Source: Acidobacteriota bacterium
Lineage (GTDB): Bacteria; Acidobacteriota; Vicinamibacteria; Vicinamibacterales; 2-12-FULL-66-21
Direction: 5' to 3'
Assembly (NCBI GenBank): GCA_031393955.1
Contig: JANMWI010000046.1
Location: 185 to 64,184 of the forward strand
Length of the DNA: 64,000 bases
Under the pieces are notes generated by a model. The model made no database searches. It had not been told where the DNA came from and was given only the letters and a program-made list of their open reading frames with translations. Shown one piece after another: positions 19,269-28,364 of this stretch. A program made the translations under genes and the position numbers. Position 1 is the stretch's first letter. Every line of letters starts with the position of its first letter.

Positions 19269-20513
19269 ATGGGCAGGGTGGATCGCATCAGCGGCATGGC
19301 CGCCATCGGGTTGCTGGCGCTGCTCGCGGCCGGGTGCCGCGGCAAGGAGGAGCCGGTGACGACGGCCGATCGCTTCGCCGCGGATCTGGCGTTTCTCCGT
19401 CAGCACTCGGAGATCGTGGTGCTCGGCGACGACGGCGGTGCCCGCGTCGCCGTCGCGCCCGCATATCAGGGGCGGGTGATGACGAGCACCACCGGGGGGG
19501 CCGGGGCGCCGAGCTTTGGCTGGATCGGGCGCGCCGCGATCACGGCGGGAGCCCGCCAGCCGCACATGAACGTCTTCGGCGGCGAAGATCGGTTCTGGCT
19601 CGGCCCCGAAGGAGGGCGCTACGCGCTCTATTTCAAGCCCGGGGACCCGTTCGATCTCGACCACTGGCAGACGCCGGAGCCGTTCGACTGGGGCGCGTGG
19701 GAGATCACCAGCCGGTCGCCGGCGCAGGTCGCGTTTCACAAGCGCATGTCGCTCGAGAATTACGCCGGCACGCACTTCGACGTCGAGGTCGAGCGGACGG
19801 TCCGCTTGCTGCCGCCGGCGGAAGCCGCCAGTCAGATCGGCGCCGCGGGAGACACCTCGCTGCGCATCGTCGCCTTCGAGTCGTCCAATACCGTGACGAA
19901 CGCCGGCGCGTCGGCCTGGCAGCGCGACGGCGGAATGGTCTCGATCTGGGTCCTCGGCCAGTTCACGCCGTCGCCGCGCACGACCGTCGTCATTCCGTTC
20001 GCTCCCGGCGCGGCAGCGACCGCCGGACCGGTCGTCAACGACAAGTACTTCGGACCGGTCCCATCCGACCGCCTCGCCATCGGCGACCACGCCCTGTTCT
20101 TCAAGGCCGACGGCCAGCACCGCGCGAAGATTGGACTGTCCCCGGCCCGCGCCCTCGACACCGCCGGCAGCTACGACGCCGACGGCGGCGTGCTGACCCT
20201 GGTCCAGTACACCCGGCCGGCCGGAAGCGCGGCATACGTGAACTCGATGTGGGATGCCGGCGCCGATCCCTATGCCGGCGACGTGGTGAACAGCTACAAC
20301 GATGGACCGGCGGCACCCGGCAAGCCGCCGCTCGGCCCGTTCTACGAGCTGGAGACCTCCTCCCCGGCGCTATCGCTGGCGCCAGGCGAACGCTACTCGC
20401 ATGTCCACCGGACGATGCATGTCAGCGGACCGCCAGCCGCGCTCGAGCGCGTCGCGCGGGCCGCGCTCAAGGTCGGCCTCGCGGAGATCACTTCCGCCTT
20501 CCCGTCGCACTGA
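19269..20513 (+). CDS. Hypothetical lipoprotein
   Basis: A lipobox 'LLAAGC' follows a signal sequence, and GGAGGA lies 8 nt upstream of the ATG. A conserved-looking 'GGEDRFWLGPEGG' segment is present. I could not assign a family from memory. Confidence 0.6.
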   Translation: MGRVDRISGMAAIGLLALLAAGCRGKEEPVTTADRFAADLAFLRQHSEIVVLGDDGGARVAVAPAYQGRVMTSTTGGAGAPSFGWIGRAAITAGARQPHMNVFGGEDRFWLGPEGGRYALYFKPGDPFDLDHWQTPEPFDWGAWEITSRSPAQVAFHKRMSLENYAGTHFDVEVERTVRLLPPAEAASQIGAAGDTSLRIVAFESSNTVTNAGASAWQRDGGMVSIWVLGQFTPSPRTTVVIPFAPGAAATAGPVVNDKYFGPVPSDRLAIGDHALFFKADGQHRAKIGLSPARALDTAGSYDADGGVLTLVQYTRPAGSAAYVNSMWDAGADPYAGDVVNSYNDGPAAPGKPPLGPFYELETSSPALSLAPGERYSHVHRTMHVSGPPAALERVARAALKVGLAEITSAFPSH

Positions 20514-20531
20514 GCGGCAACTGGAGATCCT

Positions 20532-21911
20532 ATGAAGCGCCGTGACGCTCTTCGCTCACTGACTCTGGCCGGTGGCGCCTCGCTGCTGACCGCCGGCCGC
20601 TCGCTGGGCCAGGCGATCGCCCCGGCGAGGACGGCGGCCGAAACCCAGGCGCGGCAAGGCGCCGGAACGGTCAAGATTCGCGACATCACGACGATCGTGA
20701 CCGCTCCCAATCGCATCCGGCTCGTCATCGTCAAGATCGACACCACCGAGCCGGGGCTGGTCGGCTGGGGCTGCGCCACGTTCACGCAGCGGGCGCTCGT
20801 CGTCCAGACTGCGCTCGAGCAGTACCTCAAGCCGTTCCTGCTCGGCCGCAACGTCGACGAGATCGAGGACATCTGGCAGTCGAGTTATGTGAGTTCCTAC
20901 TGGCGCAACGGCCCGGTGCTGTTCAATGCCATGAGCGGCATCGACATGGCGCTCTGGGACATCAAGGGCAAGCGCGCCGGGATGCCGGTCTATCAGTTGC
21001 TCGGCGGCAAGGTGCGGCAGGGGGCCGACTGCTACTTCCACGCCAGCGGCAGCAGCTTCACGGAAGTCGAGGACAGCGCGCGCAAGGCGATGGAACAGGG
21101 CTTCCGTCACGTGCGCGTGCAGGTGGCGACGCCCGGCTATGCGGGCTACGGAGCGGGCGGCGGGCGAGCCGCCGGCGCCGGCGTAGCGGACCCGATCGTT
21201 GGACCGACGAATCCGCAGGCGATCTGGGAATCAGGCCCTTACGTCCGCATGGTGCCGAAGTTCTTCGAGTATCTGCGCGGCAAGCTGGGCGACGAGGTCG
21301 AGCTGCTGCACGACGTGCACGAGCGGGTGACGCTGAATCAGGCGATCAACCTGTGCAAGGCGCTCGAGCCGTATCGTCTCTTCTTTCTCGAGGATCCGTT
21401 CCCGCCGGAGGAGAACGATCATTTCCGCATCCTCCGCCAGCAGACCAGCGTCCCGATCGCGATGGGTGAGCTGTTCAACTCGCAGCACGAGTACGTGCCG
21501 CTCATCAAGGAGCGGCTGATCGACTTCATCCGGATTCACATTTCACAGATCGGCGGATTGAGCCCGGCGCGCAAGGTCGCGGCGTTCAGCGAGTTCTTCG
21601 GCGTCCGTACCGCCTGGCATGGTCCGGGCGATGCGTCGCCGATCGCCCACGCCGCGCAGCTCGCGCTGGAGCTGGCCAGCTACAACTTCGGCGTCCACGA
21701 GGGCAGCGGCTTTCCGAAGGAGACGCAGGAGGTCTTTGTCGGCTGCCCCGAGGTCAAGAACGGCTACATGCTGGCGCAGGAGAAGCCCGGGCTGGGTATC
21801 GACGTCGACGAGAAGCTGGCCGCGAAATTCCCGGCCCCTGCGGGTCCACCCAACTTCGATTATTCGTGGGGGACGACGCGGCGGCGGGACGGAACCGTGA
21901 TCAGGCCATAG
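20532..21911 (+). CDS. Enolase-superfamily dehydratase, D-mannonate dehydratase (ManD/RspA)-like, with Tat-type signal
   Basis: The N-terminus is 'MKRRDALRSLTLAGGASLLTAGRSLGQA'. 'GLVGWGCATFTQRA' and 'NAMSGIDMALWDIKGKRAGMPVYQLLGG' match the ManD subgroup. Confidence 0.85.
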   Translation: MKRRDALRSLTLAGGASLLTAGRSLGQAIAPARTAAETQARQGAGTVKIRDITTIVTAPNRIRLVIVKIDTTEPGLVGWGCATFTQRALVVQTALEQYLKPFLLGRNVDEIEDIWQSSYVSSYWRNGPVLFNAMSGIDMALWDIKGKRAGMPVYQLLGGKVRQGADCYFHASGSSFTEVEDSARKAMEQGFRHVRVQVATPGYAGYGAGGGRAAGAGVADPIVGPTNPQAIWESGPYVRMVPKFFEYLRGKLGDEVELLHDVHERVTLNQAINLCKALEPYRLFFLEDPFPPEENDHFRILRQQTSVPIAMGELFNSQHEYVPLIKERLIDFIRIHISQIGGLSPARKVAAFSEFFGVRTAWHGPGDASPIAHAAQLALELASYNFGVHEGSGFPKETQEVFVGCPEVKNGYMLAQEKPGLGIDVDEKLAAKFPAPAGPPNFDYSWGTTRRRDGTVIRP

Positions 21912-21938
21912 GATCGCGACAGCAACGGGACGTCTGAT

Positions 21939-22880
21939 ATGAATGATCCGGTGACCCGGCGGACATTTCTCGGCGCCGCGCTCGCCGCGGCGGCGGTGAG
22001 CTCTCGGATGGAAGCGCGCGCGATGGACATGCTCGACTGCCACACCCATTTCTACGATCCGGGCCGTCCGCAGGGGGTGCCGTGGCCCGACAAGTCCGAC
22101 CGACAGCTGTATCGCCCGGTCTATCCTCGCGACTACCAGGTGCTGGCGTTGCCGCTGGGGATCACCGGTACCGTCGTCGTCGAAGCCAGCGAGTGGGTGG
22201 CGGACAACGACTGGATCCTCGACCTCGCGACAAGCGAGCCGCTGATCAAGGGATTCGTCGGGCGGCTCGAGCCAGGCGCGGCCGAATTCGGGAGCGGCGT
22301 CGAGCGCCTCGCGAAGAATCCCACGTTCCGCGGCATCCGCGTCAGCGGCCGGGAGGTCGCGTCGCTCACGGAGCCGCGGCGGCTGAACGACCTCGCCGTG
22401 CTGGCGGATCGCGGCCTGGCGCTGGACGTCAACGGCGACATCTCCTCACTGCCGACCGTCGCCGCGGTGGCGCGGGCGGTGCCACGGCTGCGGATCGTCA
22501 TCGATCACGTCGCCAACGTGCGCATCGATGGCGGGCCGCCGCCGTCCGACTGGCAGGACGGCATGGGCGCCGCCGCGACGCGGTCCAACGTCTTCTGCAA
22601 GGTTTCGGGATTGGTCGAGGGCACCGGCCGGCGCGGCGGCCAGGCGCCGGCGGATCCGGCGTTCTACCGGCCGGTCCTGGACGCGGTGTGGCGGATGTTC
22701 GGCGATGAGCGGGTCATCTTCGGCAGTAACTGGCCGGTCAGCGAAGTCTTCGCGCCGCTGGCCACCGTCGTCGGCATCGTGCGGCAGTACGTCGCCACCC
22801 GCGGCGCCGAGGCCGAGCGCCGCTACTTTGCCGGCAACGCCCGCACCGCCTACTTCGCCCATGGGGACACTCACCTTTAG
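21939..22880 (+). CDS. Amidohydrolase_2 family protein (sugar-lactonase-like) with Tat signal
   Basis: The Tat motif is 'TRRTFLGAALAAAA'. 'DCHTHFYDP' is the metal-binding start of the amidohydrolase_2 fold. The last six codons and the stop (HGDTHL*) lie inside the left inverted repeat of the 22863-23010 element. Confidence 0.8.
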   Translation: MNDPVTRRTFLGAALAAAAVSSRMEARAMDMLDCHTHFYDPGRPQGVPWPDKSDRQLYRPVYPRDYQVLALPLGITGTVVVEASEWVADNDWILDLATSEPLIKGFVGRLEPGAAEFGSGVERLAKNPTFRGIRVSGREVASLTEPRRLNDLAVLADRGLALDVNGDISSLPTVAAVARAVPRLRIVIDHVANVRIDGGPPPSDWQDGMGAAATRSNVFCKVSGLVEGTGRRGGQAPADPAFYRPVLDAVWRMFGDERVIFGSNWPVSEVFAPLATVVGIVRQYVATRGAEAERRYFAGNARTAYFAHGDTHL

Positions 22881-23010
22881 GCTAAGTTACTGAATCCAAA
22901 GGCCAACTCTCGGAATGTGGACGGATCGACTGAGGCTCCGTGGCCGATCCGGGCTCATTTCGGGATTGCTCGTTACAGTTCAACAACTTAGCCTAAAGGT
23001 GAGTGTCCCC
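22863..23010. mobile_element. 148-bp MITE-like element or long hairpin bounded by perfect 25-bp terminal inverted repeats
   Basis: The left arm GGGGACACTCACCTTTAGGCTAAGT (22863-22887) is the exact reverse complement of 22986-23010. By hand count the 98-nt interior is ~54% G+C, clearly below the flanks. It contains an inner 7-bp stem, CGGATCG (22923-22929) pairing with CGATCCG (22944-22950). No obvious target-site duplication is present. Confidence 0.6.
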
Positions 23011-23767
23011 GTTTGAGGCAGGCGAGCTGGCGGTCAGGTGTGACGCGCTGCACAAGCGCTACGGCGGCGTCGTCGCGGTCGACGGCCTGACGCTGCACGT
23101 CCGGCGCGGCGAGTGCTTCGGCCTGCTCGGGCCGAACGGCGCCGGCAAGACCACCACCATCGAGATCCTCGAAGGGCTGCTGACCCCCGACAGCGGCGAG
23201 GTCGAGATCCTCGGCCGCCGCTGGCGTCACCACGAGCGTGAGCTGCGGGAGCGCCTCGGCATCCACCTCCAGGAAACACAGCTCAGCGACAAGCTCACCG
23301 TCGAGGAGATGCTCCGGCTATTCCGCTCGTTCTATCGGCGCGGTCTGCCGATCGCCGAGCTCCTCGACATCGTCGCGCTCGAGAGCAAGCGGCGCAGCCG
23401 CGTCGGCACGCTGTCCGGCGGACAGAAGCAGCGTCTGTCGCTGGCTTGCGCGCTCGCGGGACGTCCCGACCTGCTGTTTCTCGACGAGCCGACCACCGGC
23501 CTCGACCCGCAGTCGCGCCGCCAGCTCTGGGACGTCCTCGAACGCTTTCGCGGCGACGGCGGGACCATCCTGCTGACGACGCACTACATGGATGAAGCGC
23601 AGACCCTCTGCGACCGCGTCGCGGTGGTGGATCACGGCAAGCTAATCGCGCTCGGCACGCCGCGGGAGCTCATCGCGACCCTCGCGGCGCCCCGCACGAT
23701 CGTCCAGCAAGGCACGCTCGAAGACGTCTTCATGTCGCTCACCGGACGGCACCTGCGCGATGAATAA
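23003..23767 (+). CDS. ABC transporter ATP-binding protein
   Basis: Walker A is 'GLLGPNGAGKTT', the signature is 'LSGGQKQRL' and Walker B is 'LLFLDEPTTGLD'. The only canonical in-frame start is GTG at 23003, directly after an in-frame TGA. That GTG lies inside the right inverted repeat. Confidence 0.9.
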   Translation: MSPFEAGELAVRCDALHKRYGGVVAVDGLTLHVRRGECFGLLGPNGAGKTTTIEILEGLLTPDSGEVEILGRRWRHHERELRERLGIHLQETQLSDKLTVEEMLRLFRSFYRRGLPIAELLDIVALESKRRSRVGTLSGGQKQRLSLACALAGRPDLLFLDEPTTGLDPQSRRQLWDVLERFRGDGGTILLTTHYMDEAQTLCDRVAVVDHGKLIALGTPRELIATLAAPRTIVQQGTLEDVFMSLTGRHLRDE

Positions 23768-24812
23768 GGTGGACCGCGGCGGCGCCCATCACCCCATCAT
23801 CGAGCTGACGCTGACGCGCGTGCGCGAATTCGTCCGCGAGCCGGAGGCGCTCTTCTGGACGTTCGTGTTCCCGATCGTCATGGCGCTGGTGATGGCGATG
23901 GCGTTTCCGTCGCGCGCCGCGCAGCCCGTCCAGGTCGGCATCGTCGCGGGCGCGGCGTCGGAGACGATCAGAAAGTCGCTCGCCAACGCACCCGGGCTGG
24001 CGGTGCGCGAGATTGCGCCCGGCGAGGAGCAGCGCGCGCTGCGTGAAGGGCGCGTTCACGTGCTCGTGCTCCCGACCGAGCCGCCGACTTATCGCTTCGA
24101 CGCCGCTCGCGGCGAGAGCCGCACCGCGCGGCTGGTCGTCGACGATGCCCTGAAGAGAGCGGCCGGGCGGACGGACCCGTGGACGGCGCGCGAGGAAGCG
24201 GTCGAGGTCCCGGGGTCGCGCTATGTCGACTGGCTGATTCCAGGGCTCGTCGGCATGGGCATCATGAGCAACGGCATGTGGGGGGTGGCGTTCTCCATCG
24301 TCCAGGCGCGGATGCGGAAGCTGCTGAAGCGGATGGTGGCGAGCCCGATGCAGAAGCGCGACTACCTGCTGGCGCTGCTGCTCGCGCGGCTGCTCTCGCT
24401 CGGACCGGAGGTCGCGGTCCCGCTCGGCTTCGGGGTGCTGGCCTTCCACATGCCGGTGCACGGCACCGTCGCGTCGATTGCCGCCGTGGCGGTGCTGGGC
24501 TCGCTCGCGTTTGGATCGTTCGGCCTGCTGCTGGCGACGCGCGCGCGGACGTTCGAAGCCGTCTCCGGGCTGATGAACCTGGCGATGCTGCCGATGTGGC
24601 TGCTGAGCGGCGTCTTCTTCTCCTCCTCAAATTTCCCGGAGGTGATGCAGCCGTTCATCCGGGCGCTGCCGCTGACGGCACTCGTCGACAGCCTCCGCGC
24701 CGTGACGCTCGAGGGGGCCGGCGTGACCTCGCTCGGCGCTCCGCTGCTGGTCCTCGCCGCCTGGACGGTCGTCCCGTTCGGCCTCGCGCTGCGATTCTTC
24801 CGCTGGCGCTGA
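23760..24812 (+). CDS. ABC-2 type transporter permease
   Basis: A polytopic membrane protein whose start overlaps the ATPase stop by 8 nt (ATGAATAA). It has the ABC-2 topology of one N-terminal helix, a large loop, then five helices. Confidence 0.8.
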   Translation: MNKVDRGGAHHPIIELTLTRVREFVREPEALFWTFVFPIVMALVMAMAFPSRAAQPVQVGIVAGAASETIRKSLANAPGLAVREIAPGEEQRALREGRVHVLVLPTEPPTYRFDAARGESRTARLVVDDALKRAAGRTDPWTAREEAVEVPGSRYVDWLIPGLVGMGIMSNGMWGVAFSIVQARMRKLLKRMVASPMQKRDYLLALLLARLLSLGPEVAVPLGFGVLAFHMPVHGTVASIAAVAVLGSLAFGSFGLLLATRARTFEAVSGLMNLAMLPMWLLSGVFFSSSNFPEVMQPFIRALPLTALVDSLRAVTLEGAGVTSLGAPLLVLAAWTVVPFGLALRFFRWR

Positions 24813-24821
24813 GATAGCCCG

Positions 24822-24845
24822 GCCGGCGCGTCGCCGCGCGCCGGC
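24822..24845 (+). terminator. GC-rich stem-loop downstream of the ABC-2 permease
   Basis: GCCGGCGCG (24822-24830), a tcgccg loop, and CGCGCCGGC (24837-24845) form a 9-bp perfect stem 10 nt after the stop. There is no U-tract, so terminator function is uncertain. Confidence 0.3.
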
Positions 24846-24854
24846 ACTCCCGCC

Positions 24855-24883
24855 TTGACAACATTCCCCCCTGACGGCAGACT
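24855..24883 (+). promoter_or_regulatory. Candidate sigma70-type promoter for the TonB-dependent receptor
   Basis: A perfect TTGACA (24855-24860) is followed by 17 nt and a weak CAGACT. It lies 77 nt upstream of the ATG at 24932. Confidence 0.2.
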
Positions 24884-24931
24884 GCGCAGCGCGCACGATA
24901 TCCATCATCCAGTGACGAGGGGAACAGCCCG

Positions 24932-27900
24932 ATGAAGCAGGTACAAGGACTTGCGGCCGTGCTACTGACCGTCGCCGCCGTCATCTTCCCGGCGCCGCTT
25001 GCCGCACAGGTCACGACCGGCACCATCGTCGGCACCGTCAGCGACCCCGGCGGCGTCGTCCCCGGCGCCAGCGTGACGATCCGGGAAGTCAGTCGCGGCA
25101 CGGCGGACACCGTCGTTACTGACAGCGCCGGCAGCTACACCGCGCCGTTCCTGTCGCCGGGCACCTACACGGTCGAAGTGAACGTCGCGGGCTTCAAGAA
25201 GTGGGTCCGCGCCGGCGTCGTTCTGCAGGTCAACCAGCGGGCGCGGGTCGATGCCGACCTCGAGGTCGGCGGCGTGACCGAGACGACGACCGTGACGGCG
25301 TCGGCACCGCTCCTCCGGACCGAGTCCTCCGAGGTCGGCACCGTCATCGAGGAGCGCGCGATCAAGGAACTGCCGCTGAACGGCCGGAACTTCGCGACGC
25401 TCGTCTATCTCACGCCCGGCATCACGCCCGGACAGGCGAACGAGAACCTCTCCGGGGCCAGCACCTTCAACCCGCGCGGCGCCTCGAACTTCAATGCCCT
25501 CGGACACCAGGCGAACGCCAACGCCTGGCTGCTCGACGGCATCGACAACAACGAGTACAGCTTCAACACCGTCATCGTCGCGCCGTCGGTCGAGCAGGTG
25601 CGGGAGTTCAAAGTGCTGTCGGGAGTCTTCTCCGCCGAGTTCGGCCGCGGCGCCGGCGTCGTCTCGGTGGCGACCAAGTCCGGCAGCAACGTCATGCACG
25701 GCACGGTGTTCGAGTACCTGCGCGACGACCGCTTCGACGCGCGCAACTTCTTTGTCCGCAAAGTCGCTCTGCCCGGCGGTGGCCTGAAGGTCGATCCCAA
25801 GCCGCCGCTCAACCGCCACCAGTTCGGCGGCGCCACCGGCGGGCCGCTCGTCATCCCCGGACTCTACGACGGGCACAACCGCACGTTCTTCTTCGCCGAT
25901 TACGCCGGCCTCAAGGAGACGCGCGGCCAGGTCTTCGTCAACACCGTCCCGACCGCGCAGACGCGCGGCGGCGACTTCAGCGACTTCCGCGACGCCGCCG
26001 GCAACCTGATTCCGATCTACGACCCGCTGACGACGCGGCTGAATCCGGCGTTCGACGCGTCGCGGCCGGTCGGCGCCTCGAACCCGCAGTTCCTGCGCGA
26101 CCCGTTCCCCGGCAACATCATTCCGCAGAGCCGCATGAATCCGGTCGGGCGCAACGTCGCCAGCATCTATCCGCTGCCGAACGGCCCCGGCAACTTCAAC
26201 AACTACACCTCGACCGTCAACCGCGAGGTGACCGATAACGTCTTCTCCGGCCGCATCGACCACAAGGTCTCCGACAAGTCGTCGCTGTTCGTGCGCTTCA
26301 ACTGGGGCCGCTTCAAGCTCGATGCGCCGCAGGGCCAGGCCGCCTGCTGCCTGCCGACCCCCGCCGACGCCGCGTCGCGCTTCGACCTCGGTCCGTTCGT
26401 CGCCGGCATCCAGAACACGCGGCTGACGACGCACGGCGCCGCCTTCAACTATTCGCGCGTGCTGAGCCCCCGGTTCGTCAACGAGCTGCGGCTTGGCTAC
26501 GCCCGCACCCAGCCGTTCACGTTCCAGTCCGACTTCGGGACGCACGCGGCCGACTCGCTCGGCATCCGCGGCATCAACGTCACCGAATTCACCACCGGGC
26601 TGCCGAACATCAACATCCCGGACCTGACCGGCATCTCCGGCGGCCCGGCGTTCCTGCCGGTCAACCCGAAGCAGTTCCACTGGCAGGCCGAAGACGCGCT
26701 GGTCTGGCTCAAGGGCCACCACCAGCTCAAGGTCGGCTACCGGCTGGTCGACCGCTACCCGTCGCCGTTCACCAACACCGACACCCGCGGGACGATCAAC
26801 TTCGGCCGCAACTACACCAACAACCCGATCACCAACGGCGGCGGCTCCGGCCTCGCCTCGCTCCTGACCGGCTACATCAACAACGCCGCGCGCGGCTTCC
26901 TGCTCGAACCGTACACGCTGCGTACCCAGGAGCACGGGATGTTCCTCCAGGACGACGTCAAGCTGACGCCGCGGTTCACGGTCAACGCCGGGGTCCGCTA
27001 CGAGATCTTCCGTGCCGAGACCGAGGAGCACAACAAGATCGTCAACTTCGATCCGGTCGGACTACGGCTGATCTACGCCGGTGAGGATGGCGCCAGCCGC
27101 TCGGTCAACAAGAAGACGCAGTTCGGCAACATCGCGCCGCGGCTCGGGCTGACCTACGACCTCTTCGGCAACGGCGCCACCATCCTGCGGACCGGGTTCG
27201 CCATCACCTACTTCCCGGTACAGCCGTCGGCGTCGAACATGATCGGCCAGCAGGTCCCGTACACGATCTCGCAGAACGTCAGCTTCGCGACCAATCCGAC
27301 CGACTTCTCAGCGGTCCGCACCATCGACGATCCGTTCCCGGCGATCGCCGCCGTCAAGCCGCGCACCACCGCCGAGCTGCAGGCCGCGAATCCGCGCGTC
27401 CTCGGTCATTCGTTCGCGAACGAGACCCCCTACGCCGAGCAGTGGCACCTCGGTGTCGAGCGGCGGGTGCTGCCGACGATGGCGGTGGAGCTGACGTATG
27501 CCGGCAGCGCCGGCAAACACCTGGTCTACTGCTACAACCCGAATGAAGTGCAGCCCGGAGTCGGCTCGCAGGAATCGCGGCGGCTGATCCAGCCGCTCAA
27601 CCGGCTGAGCAACATGGTGCAGTGCGACCCGCGCAACCGCTCGACCTATCACAGCGGCCAGCTCAAGGTGACGCAGCGCTTCAGCGGCGGCGTCCAGTTC
27701 CTGGTCAGCTACACCTACGGCAAGGCGCTCGACTACGGCGGATCGGCAGCGAGCGGCGGCGGCGCGGTCGGCAATCCCCAGACCGTCACCAACCTCGCGG
27801 CCGGTCATGGCCCGTCGGGCTTCGACGTGCGCCACCGCGCGGTCGTCAGCGGCGTCTGGGAGCTGCCGTGGGGCGCCGGCCGGCACTGGCTGTCGAGCGG

Positions 27901-28354
27901 CGGGCTGCTAGGCGCGGCGCTCGGCGGCTGGCAGCTCTCCGGCATCGGCACGGTGACCACCGGTCGGCCGTTCACGGTCTTCATGCAGAACGGCGTCAAC
28001 AGCGGCGCCCCGAGCTGGCCGAACCGCACCGGCTCGGGGGAGCTCGACCATCCGACCGTCGACCTCTGGTACAACCCGCGCGACTTCGCGGCACCGCCGG
28101 CCAACACCTATGGCAACACCGGACGCGGCATTCTCTACGCGCCCGGCCACGTCAACATGGATACGTCGCTGTCGAAGCGGTTCGCGGTGGTCGGCCGGTC
28201 GAACCTCGAGTTCCGCTGGGACGCCTTCAACCTGTTCAACGAGCCCGGCTTCGGCTTCCCGAATCAGAACTTCGATTCACCAACCGCCGGCCGGATCACG
28301 TCGACGATTGTCGACAACCGTTCGATGCAGTTCTCGATCAAAGTCAATTTCTAG
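24932..28354 (+). CDS. TonB-dependent receptor with N-terminal carboxypeptidase-regulatory-like domain
   Basis: A signal peptide is present. The CarboxypepD_reg-type segment is 'TGTIVGTVSDPGGVVPGASVTIRE...GSYTAPFLSPGTYTVEV'. The plug motif is 'LPLNGRNFATLVYLTPG'. A long beta-barrel ends in 'FSIKVNF'. Confidence 0.9.
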   Translation: MKQVQGLAAVLLTVAAVIFPAPLAAQVTTGTIVGTVSDPGGVVPGASVTIREVSRGTADTVVTDSAGSYTAPFLSPGTYTVEVNVAGFKKWVRAGVVLQVNQRARVDADLEVGGVTETTTVTASAPLLRTESSEVGTVIEERAIKELPLNGRNFATLVYLTPGITPGQANENLSGASTFNPRGASNFNALGHQANANAWLLDGIDNNEYSFNTVIVAPSVEQVREFKVLSGVFSAEFGRGAGVVSVATKSGSNVMHGTVFEYLRDDRFDARNFFVRKVALPGGGLKVDPKPPLNRHQFGGATGGPLVIPGLYDGHNRTFFFADYAGLKETRGQVFVNTVPTAQTRGGDFSDFRDAAGNLIPIYDPLTTRLNPAFDASRPVGASNPQFLRDPFPGNIIPQSRMNPVGRNVASIYPLPNGPGNFNNYTSTVNREVTDNVFSGRIDHKVSDKSSLFVRFNWGRFKLDAPQGQAACCLPTPADAASRFDLGPFVAGIQNTRLTTHGAAFNYSRVLSPRFVNELRLGYARTQPFTFQSDFGTHAADSLGIRGINVTEFTTGLPNINIPDLTGISGGPAFLPVNPKQFHWQAEDALVWLKGHHQLKVGYRLVDRYPSPFTNTDTRGTINFGRNYTNNPITNGGGSGLASLLTGYINNAARGFLLEPYTLRTQEHGMFLQDDVKLTPRFTVNAGVRYEIFRAETEEHNKIVNFDPVGLRLIYAGEDGASRSVNKKTQFGNIAPRLGLTYDLFGNGATILRTGFAITYFPVQPSASNMIGQQVPYTISQNVSFATNPTDFSAVRTIDDPFPAIAAVKPRTTAELQAANPRVLGHSFANETPYAEQWHLGVERRVLPTMAVELTYAGSAGKHLVYCYNPNEVQPGVGSQESRRLIQPLNRLSNMVQCDPRNRSTYHSGQLKVTQRFSGGVQFLVSYTYGKALDYGGSAASGGGAVGNPQTVTNLAAGHGPSGFDVRHRAVVSGVWELPWGAGRHWLSSGGLLGAALGGWQLSGIGTVTTGRPFTVFMQNGVNSGAPSWPNRTGSGELDHPTVDLWYNPRDFAAPPANTYGNTGRGILYAPGHVNMDTSLSKRFAVVGRSNLEFRWDAFNLFNEPGFGFPNQNFDSPTAGRITSTIVDNRSMQFSIKVNF

Positions 28355-28364
28355 GGAGCAGACG

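Noticed and set aside
22995-23005. AAAGGTGA in the right inverted repeat as the Shine-Dalgarno sequence for the ABC ATPase
   Set aside because: It abuts the GTG start with 0-1 nt spacing, which is too close to function as a conventional SD. No alternative in-frame start exists at the proper distance.
24962-27031. ORF 24962..27031 (-, 689 aa) antisense to the first TonB-dependent receptor
   Set aside because: It is an Arg/Asp/Gly/Val-rich antisense artefact. The receptor frame carries the plug and barrel motifs.
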